Origin: Octopus bimaculoides
Taxonomy: Eukaryota
NCBI RefSeq assembly: GCF_001194135.2
Contig: NC_068986.1
Span: 31,356,229-31,420,228 of the forward strand
DNA: 64,000 bases
Direction: 5' to 3'
This document shows, one piece after another, positions 57,001 through 64,000 of the stretch (position 1 is its first letter; every line of letters starts with the position of its first letter). A model generated the notes under the pieces. The model was not told the DNA's origin. It made no database searches and saw nothing but the letters and a program-made list of their open reading frames with translations. Position numbers and translations under genes: made by a program.

Positions 57001-57351
57001 NNNNNNNNNNNNNNNNNNNNNNNNNNNNNNNNNNNNNNNNNNNNNNNNNNNNNNNNNNNNNNNNNNNNNNNNNNNNNNNNNNNNNNNNNNNNNNNNNNNN
57101 NNNNNNNNNNNNNNNNNNNNNNNNNNNNNNNNNNNNNNNNNNNNNNNNNNNNNNNNNNNNNNNNNNNNNNNNNNNNNNNNNNNNNNNNNNNNNNNNNNNN
57201 NNNNNNNNNNNNNNNNNNNNNNNNNNNNNNNNNNNNNNNNNNNNNNNNNNNNNNNNNNNNNNNNNNNNNNNNNNNNNNNNNNNNNNNNNNNNNNNNNNNN
57301 NNNNNNNNNNNNNNNNNNNNNNNNNNNNNNNNNNNNNNNNNNNNNNNNNNN

Positions 57352-57434
57352 TAGAGAAGATGTAAATATTATATTTGTTGTACACAATGAAGATAATACT
57401 TGGAATTTTAACAAACGAGATACTTATGTTAAAG
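57352..57434 (+). CDS. A2M: Visible 3' part of exon 2 (MG1 domain): REDVNIIFVVHNEDNTWNFNKRDTYVK-G; 5' boundary hidden by the N-gap 57001-57351
   Basis: Open frame from the gap edge to the donor AAAG|GTATAT (GT at 57435), phase 1. This joins exon 3 in frame (G+GG = Gly) to give ...DTYVKGECRCTNIEVP. Confidence 0.72.
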
Positions 57435-58230
57435 GTATATGTATATATCTATTTTTTTTTTTTGTACTTGGTTTGCAAGATTCTTGATACAAATTTGTAT
57501 GTTGAAATAGATTTTGTTGTATCTCAGAAGGTTCATTATGCCAATAATAAGCACACAGAAGGGCATTCTGGTAGTTTATTCCACATCTTCACATATCAAG
57601 CCACGAAGCTGTTTGACAGTTTATATGTTTAACATAAACCAACATCAAGCAGTGTCAATGCACACACACACACACACACGGGGGGGGGGGGCTGCCCTGC
57701 AATTTTTGACTACCAAAATTCACTCACTTTGTATTGGTCAACTGAGAGTAGATAAGAAAGCACTCACCTATGGTGCTTCACAGTAGGAACTTAAAATTAC
57801 AAGGCCACAAAAAGAACTTCTTAACCACACAGCTGAAAATCTTATGAGTCAAAATAAAACATTAGGCGTGATGTATACAATATCTACATCTTAGCTTTAC
57901 TGCTTTGTTGGTACCATTTCATATATGTCGCTAATAACAACTTCCACAAAATAAAAACATCAGAACTTCCTTTTTTCATTGCCGTTGTAAATCTAGAGCC
58001 TTGTGCTTATATAAGAAATCCTTATTTTGACTAGTCATAACTCCTAAATTAAGTTGGAGGGAGCCACCGGGACTATTACAAACAAAGGATGAAAGCAGAA
58101 TGTAGTTATTATCATCATGTATTTTAACCTGGGTGTCCAAACTCTTCTGTTTTTAACCTAAAAGAAAAACTTGCAAAATGTTTAAAGCTATGCATTCTAC
58201 ACCCTTGTTTTCTGCACATACACTCCCCCT

Positions 58231-58269
<39 letters not shown>

Positions 58270-59053
58270 CACAGCACCACCACCGTCACTACCACCAACT
58301 CTACCATCACCATCCTTAAACCATCTTCACAGCAATGCAAGAATACTGAAACTAAAGCCATACCATCTACATATGACTGCAAGAATATCAATGGCTGCTG
58401 TCTGCTCCAACCCAGATACTTCCTATAACTACATATCTAAACAACCATGTATATCTAGGCTCAGCAACGGCACATAAAAAGGATATTATAGCACCGTTTT
58501 CAAAAACACAATCTCTTCAATCAGAACAAATACAAACTACACATTCACACCAAAAGAAAAACCAGCAACAGCAACAACAACCACCACATTAGGTTTCCAT
58601 TTTGTGTTGGGTTGCTAAGGAACTCCCAGGAATCAAAACTGAGCAGCAAGCAAATCTTTTGCTCATCTCTGATATAATCATCACCAGAATTTGCATTCAC
58701 GCAAAAACAGATTTCTTTTAGATTATTATTTTTCTGCTTGTTGATAAAATTAAGGTGCTTTAGCATGTTTTTTTAAAATTTTTTAAAATTTTATTTCATT
58801 ATTATTTATTTTTTGTATATTCTCATTTATATCTTTCATCTCTTCATGGTTCCAGTCATTAGACTTCATTCATGCTAGGGCACCATCCTGAACAGTTTAG
58901 TCAAACAAATCAACACCAGTATTTTTTTTTTTTGCCAAGTGGTGATGGTGGACAGACAAATACAAAGATGCACACAGACACGCATATACATATATATAAG
59001 TATATGTATAAATTAAATACCCTTATATATATGTATGTATAAACTATATACCC

Positions 59054-59090
<37 letters not shown>

Positions 59091-59129
59091 CATAGGTGAG
59101 AAAGTTATGTGAAAGCACGTGGTTGGATG

Positions 59130-59404
59130 TATAAAAGATAATAAGAGTGAAAAAACTACAGAAGGCTTGTGTTAGATGGTTAAAGTATATATTTAAATTA
59201 TGTCAGAAAAATGTTAGAAAAATGTTAGAAAATCTTTTTGGTATATAAACATTGTATTTTGAGAAATACAATGTTTATATACCAAAAAGATTTTATAACA
59301 TTTTTCTAACATTTTTCTTACATTTTTCTGACATAATTTAAATATATACTTTAACCATGTAACACAAGCCTTCTGTAGTTTTTTCACTCTTATTATCTTT
59401 TATA
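59130..59404. repeat. 275-bp near-perfect hairpin with 4-nt loop (intron 2)
   Basis: 59130-59259 pairs with 59264-59404, loop TGAG. The right arm has one extra 11-bp ACATTTTTCTA-type unit. Confidence 0.92.
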
Positions 59405-59961
59405 TATACATATATATACTCACACACCCATATATAGCATGATAATATATATACACACACACACAATAGGCTTCAACACAGTTTCTGTCTATCAAAATTA
59501 CTTGGAAGGTATTGGTCAGCTTGGGGGTATAGTAAGACACTTGCCCAGTGCCATGCAGTGGGACTGAACCCCAAACCACTTGATTGCAAAGTGAGTTTCT
59601 TAACCACACAGCTATACCTATACCTGTATATAAATGAAATTTCACAGCCTCTACATGAGACTATGGTTGGTAGAAAGAATATGTTGAGGCCTCTGTCCTG
59701 CAGTGAACCTGAACATAGGCAATCCAATCCAATTCAAGCATGTCTATGAGTTGAAAAAGGGTTAAATTAAAACAGGCGACCAAATCGATATCCTCTTTAT
59801 TCCATCCTTTTCACTGTTTTCATTATAAATGTAATATAAAACTTCTAAAATTTCTCAAACTCCATAACTGCAAATTCTATGAAAATTTTTCATTTATTTC
59901 ACCATGTTGATTTTATTTACACATGTTTCTCATTATTCGTTCTTCTTCTATAATATTTTAG

Positions 59962-60153
59962 GGGAATGTCGCTGCACAAATATTGAAGTCCCTGAGGTTT
60001 ATGTTGAGGGATATTACATCATGACTGTTTGGGGCTTTAAAGAAGATCAGTCTTTAATATTTTCAAAAACCATTGATGATTTGAAGATTGTTAACAAAAA
60101 CACACTAACATTTGTACAGACTGATAAATACATGTATATTCCTGGTCAAACAG
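59962..60153 (+). CDS. A2M: Exon 3 (end of MG1, start of MG2/A2M_N): (G)ECRCTNIEVPEVYVEGYYIMTVWGFKEDQSLIFSKTIDDLKIVNKNTLTFVQTDKYMYIPGQT
   Basis: Acceptor TTTTAG|GG at 59960-61, 192-nt phase 1-1 exon, donor ACAG|GTAATA. TFVQTDKYMYIPGQT matches the TEP-family signature FIQTDKPIYKPGQT. A2M versus CD109/iTEP orthology cannot be settled from this fragment. Confidence 0.92.
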
Positions 60154-60503
60154 GTAATAGAAACTACTTTGTAAAATTTTTTGTTTTTTGTTCATTTTTT
60201 TTTTGTTTTTCTTTTGATATAGATTAGCCTTTTATTGTTGTTGTGAAATTTGATTCTTTTAATCCTCACTCAACTCTGATCCAGTGTCCTATAATCAAAA
60301 GTATTCCAGCTGTAACCATCCTAAGTTCTTTCTTTTTAAACATAATTTATTTATGATTACATTATTCAATACATCTTTACTGGGGTTTTTTTTTCTTCTA
60401 AGAAGATATGATATGGTTTAAGAGAGATATGGTTGCTGCTTCTAGCAGGTTGAGCAACTGAACTGTGTTAGGGATCCCTCATTGATCTCTGACATTTTGT
60501 TGT

Positions 60504-60557
<54 letters not shown>

Positions 60558-60767
60558 NNNNNNNNNNNNNNNNNNNNNNNNNNNNNNNNNNNNNNNNNNN
60601 NNNNNNNNNNNNNNNNNNNNNNNNNNNNNNNNNNNNNNNNNNNNNNNNNNNNNNNNNNNNNNNNNNNNNNNNNNNNNNNNNNNNNNNNNNNNNNNNNNNN
60701 NNNNNNNNNNNNNNNNNNNNNNNNNNNNNNNNNNNNNNNNNNNNNNNNNNNNNNNNNNNNNNNNNNN

Positions 60768-60829
<62 letters not shown>

Positions 60830-61600
60830 TCTAAGAATTAGAGCTACAAGTAAGAGACGTTTTTGTTAAGCCATTTCTGAACTAATTTAGCAATAAGGAA
60901 ACTTCACAGATGCCAAAATTCTTAAGTTAAAGGTCAAGCAGGAATAATCAGTTCTGTAACAGACAAATAACTGAATCTCAGCACCATTATCCTTTAATTT
61001 AGTTATTTTTGGATGTTGTTTATTCTTAGGTTGGTCTCAATCAAGTAGACTTATGATCAAAGAATTTCAACCCATAACCACCTCATTGCTTTTTCATGGA
61101 AATGTACCTTTTTTTTAAGATGATAGGACATGGTATGGCAGAGATTTTTGCTGCTATTTCTAGCAGGTCCAGCAACCTGTTTGAAAAACCAGCATATCAG
61201 TTTGTGATATTGTTTAGGGATATTACAGTTCTACCTTGTGGGTGATTATACAGAAATTTCTGAGGCAATCTTGAAAATGATCATGGAAACTAAATTGAAA
61301 GAATTAATTGATAATGTGAAATTTCTGATTTTCTTTTTCCAATAACATTTTACCTTTCATGTCTAAGTTATTTTCAAGACAAAAATATCAAGACAATGAC
61401 ACACATACACATGCACAACACAAGCTTCTTTCAGTTTCCATTTACCAAATCCACTCACAAGGCTTTGGTCAGCTTGGGGCTATGGTAGCTGATTGAAAAC
61501 TGTATTTCTAGGAGATGGCATGTCAGACATATAAGTGATGTTTGATTTTTTTCCCCATAAAATTTGTTAAAATTAATCAAACTAATTTTTTGTTTTGCAG

Positions 61601-61653
61601 TAAAATTCCGGATTGTCACAACCAATATCAACTTGATGAGTAAACCAGGATTG
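61601..61653 (+). CDS. A2M: Exon 4 (MG2): (V)KFRIVTTNINLMSKPGL
   Basis: Acceptor TTTTTTGTTTTGCAG|TA. The G left over from exon 3 plus TA gives Val, restoring the canonical PGQT-VKFRI motif. Donor TTG|GTTTGT, phase 0, 53 nt. Confidence 0.88.
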
Positions 61654-61881
61654 GTTTGTATTCACCTTTAAATCGTTTTTCTTTTTCTTTTTTCAAATAT
61701 TTAAATATTATTCAGTGTAAGCAATAAACATAACTTCTACTTATATAGTATCAACATCTATGCATTAGGAAACACACCAAACTAAACAGCCTAACTGTTT
61801 GTCTCTCAACCAGAGAGCTCTGCATAGGTGCATGACCTTATTTTATTAATTATTTATTTATAATTCATTTACATAGGCTTT

Positions 61882-62290
61882 GGAGTGGCTGTGTGGTAAG
61901 TAGCTTGCTTACGAACCACATGGTTCCGAGTTCGGTCCCACTGTGTGGTACCTTGGGCAGGTGTCTTCTACTATAGCCTCAGGCCGACCAAAGCCTTGTA
62001 AGTGGATTTGATGGAAACTAAAAGAAGCCCATTGTATATATATATGTGTGTGTGTGTGTGTATACGTTTGTGTGTCTGTGTTTGTCCCCTCCAACATCAC
62101 TTGACAACCGATGCTGGTGTGTTTGCGTCCCTGTAGCTTAGCGGTTCGGCAAAAGATACCGATAGAATAAGTACTAGGCTTACAAAGAATAAGTCCTGGG
62201 GTCGATTTGTTTGACTAAAGGCAGTGCTCCAGCATGGCCACAGTCAAATGACTGAAGCAAGTAAAAGAGTAAAAAGAGAGTAAAAGAGTA
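61882..62290 (+). mobile_element. SINE family A copy in intron 4
   Basis: Full head, microsatellite and tail with GTAAAAGA repeats. Confidence 0.85.
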
Positions 62291-63507
62291 TGTCTATTCA
62301 TATTATTGTTTGTCCATTCATTTATGTATTTGTTCAACTATTCAGGATGGATGTGAGAAATGAGGTTGTTATGTATGTTATAGCACTTTCTATAAGTTAG
62401 TGATGCTCTGCTAGGTTCTTAGATGAGTGTGCAAAAATGCCTTTCCTTGTGAAATACCTTGTTAATTCTTTTTAAGAAAGTATATATACATATATTCCAT
62501 ATGTGCCAGTGGCACATAAAAGCACCCACTACACTCTCGGAGTGGTTGGCATTAGGAAGGGCATCCAGCTGTAGAAACTCTGCCAGATCAGATTGGAGCC
62601 TGGTGTAGCCATCTGGTTCGCCAGTCCTCAGTCAAATCGTCCAACCCATGCTAGCATGGAAAGTGGACGTTAAACATTGATGATGATGATGATGACAAAT
62701 GAAAGATGGAAGACAGAATATACGAGAAATTATTATTAATCACAACAATTGTTTCAACACATCAATCATCGATTCTTCATGGGTGGGACACTCAGCAACT
62801 GGTTCAGTTGTTGAGTNNNNNNNNNNNNNNNNNNNNNNNNNNNNNNNNNNNNNNNNNNNNNNNNNNNNNNNNNNNNNNNNNNNNNNNNNNNNNNNNNNNN
62901 NNNNNNNNNNNNNNNNNNNNNNNNNNNNNNNNNNNNNNNNNNNNNNNNNNNNNNNNNNNNNNNNNNNNNNNNNNNNNNNNNNNNNNNNNNNNNNNNNNNN
63001 NNNNNNNNNNNNNNNNNNNNNNNNNNNNNNNNNNNNNNNNNNNNNNNNNNNNNNNNNNNNNNNNNNNNNNNNNNNNNNNNNNNNNNNNNNNNNNNNNNNN
63101 NNNNNNNNNNNNNNNNNNNNNNNNNNNNNNNNNNNNNNNNNNNNNNNNNNNNNNNNNNNNNNNNNNNNNNNNNNNNNNNNNNNNNNNNNNNNNNNNNNNN
63201 NNNNNNNNNNNNNNNNNNNNNNNNNNNNNNNNNNNNNNNNNNNNNNNNNNNNNNNNNNNNNNNNNNNNNNNNNNNNNNNNNNNNNNNNNNNNNNNNNNNN
63301 NNNNNNNNNNNNNNNNNNNNNNNNNNNNNNNNNNNNNNNNNNNNNNNNNNNNNNNNNNNNNNNNNNNNNNNNNNNNNNNNNNNNNNNNNNNNNNNNNNNN
63401 NNNNNNNNNNNNNNNNNNNNNNNNNNNNNNNNNNNNNNNNNNNNNNNNNNNNNNNNNNNNNNNNNNNNNNNNNNNNNNNNNNNNNNNNNNNNNNNNNNNN
63501 NNNNNNT

Positions 63508-63822
63508 TATTCTTTAGAAGCCTAGTACTTATTCTATCAGTCTGTATTGCCGAACCGCTAAGTTACGGGGACATAAACACACCAGCATCGGTTGTCAAGC
63601 GATGTTGGGGGGACAAACGCGGACACACAAACACATATATATATATATATACATATATACGACGGGCTTCTTTCAGTTTCTGTCTACCAAATCCACTCAC
63701 CAGGCTTTGGTCGACCCGAGGCTATAGTAGAAGACACTTACCCAAGATGCCACGCAGTGGGACTGAACCCGGGACCATGTGGCTGGTAAGTAAGCTACTT
63801 ACCACACAGCCACTCCTACGCC
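63508..63822 (-). mobile_element. SINE family A copy, inverted relative to 61882-62290
   Basis: Reverse complement of the family A consensus; tail runs into the gap. Other partial copies at ~2830-3090(-), 15043-15211(-), 16040-16127(-), 31395-31775(+), 32565-32830(-), 43300-43990(+), 45390-45800(+) and 58850-59625(-). Confidence 0.85.
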
Positions 63823-64000
63823 TGTAAATTTTGTTCGTGTTCATGGTGTGACATTTATCACTTTGGTTTCGAGAGTAGTAACGAGATTGTTAAAAATAAT
63901 TTGTTTTTGCATAAAATCCACAAGTTTTAGGATAGATAAAAAAGAAGTTCTGACATTCATGCCTTTTCTAAGCTCATTAACAACTCAGGTGGATTAAACC

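Noticed and set aside
61654-61722. GTAAGC at ~61717 as an alternative donor extending exon 4
   Set aside because: In-frame TAA at ~61669 precedes it.

Overview
This is AT-rich, repeat-dense eukaryotic DNA with ten N-gaps, most of them bordered by microsatellites. The SINE and RTE-LINE families look like those of coleoid cephalopods, most likely Octopus; this comes from my recognition of the repeats, not from a database search. One host gene is supported: the 5' part of a + strand thioester-protein (alpha-2-macroglobulin/CD109/TEP) family gene. It has a signal-peptide exon at 1862-1938 (MSFRHPVLVVVCLLFLLDYLSEAHN-), then an intron of about 55 kb. Exon 2 ends at 57434 and its 5' end lies in or at the edge of an assembly gap. 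Exon 3 is 59962-60153 (...TFVQTDKYMYIPGQT) and exon 4 is 61601-61653 (VKFRIVTTNINLMSKPGL). The gene continues beyond what is visible. The introns hold several SINE families, many decayed RTE LINE fragments, a Dong/R4-like LINE fossil, a near full-length hAT transposase fossil, mariner ends, piggyBac-type MITEs, a Helentron-like non-autonomous element, a 5S rRNA pseudogene, three unrelated long fold-back elements, and micro/minisatellites. I found no prokaryotic-type system, no CRISPR array and no intact transposase or reverse transcriptase. I cannot support a claim of a new biological system. The most interesting items are the gene architecture, the long hairpins that would form dsRNA in the pre-mRNA, and a possible decayed antisense exon.
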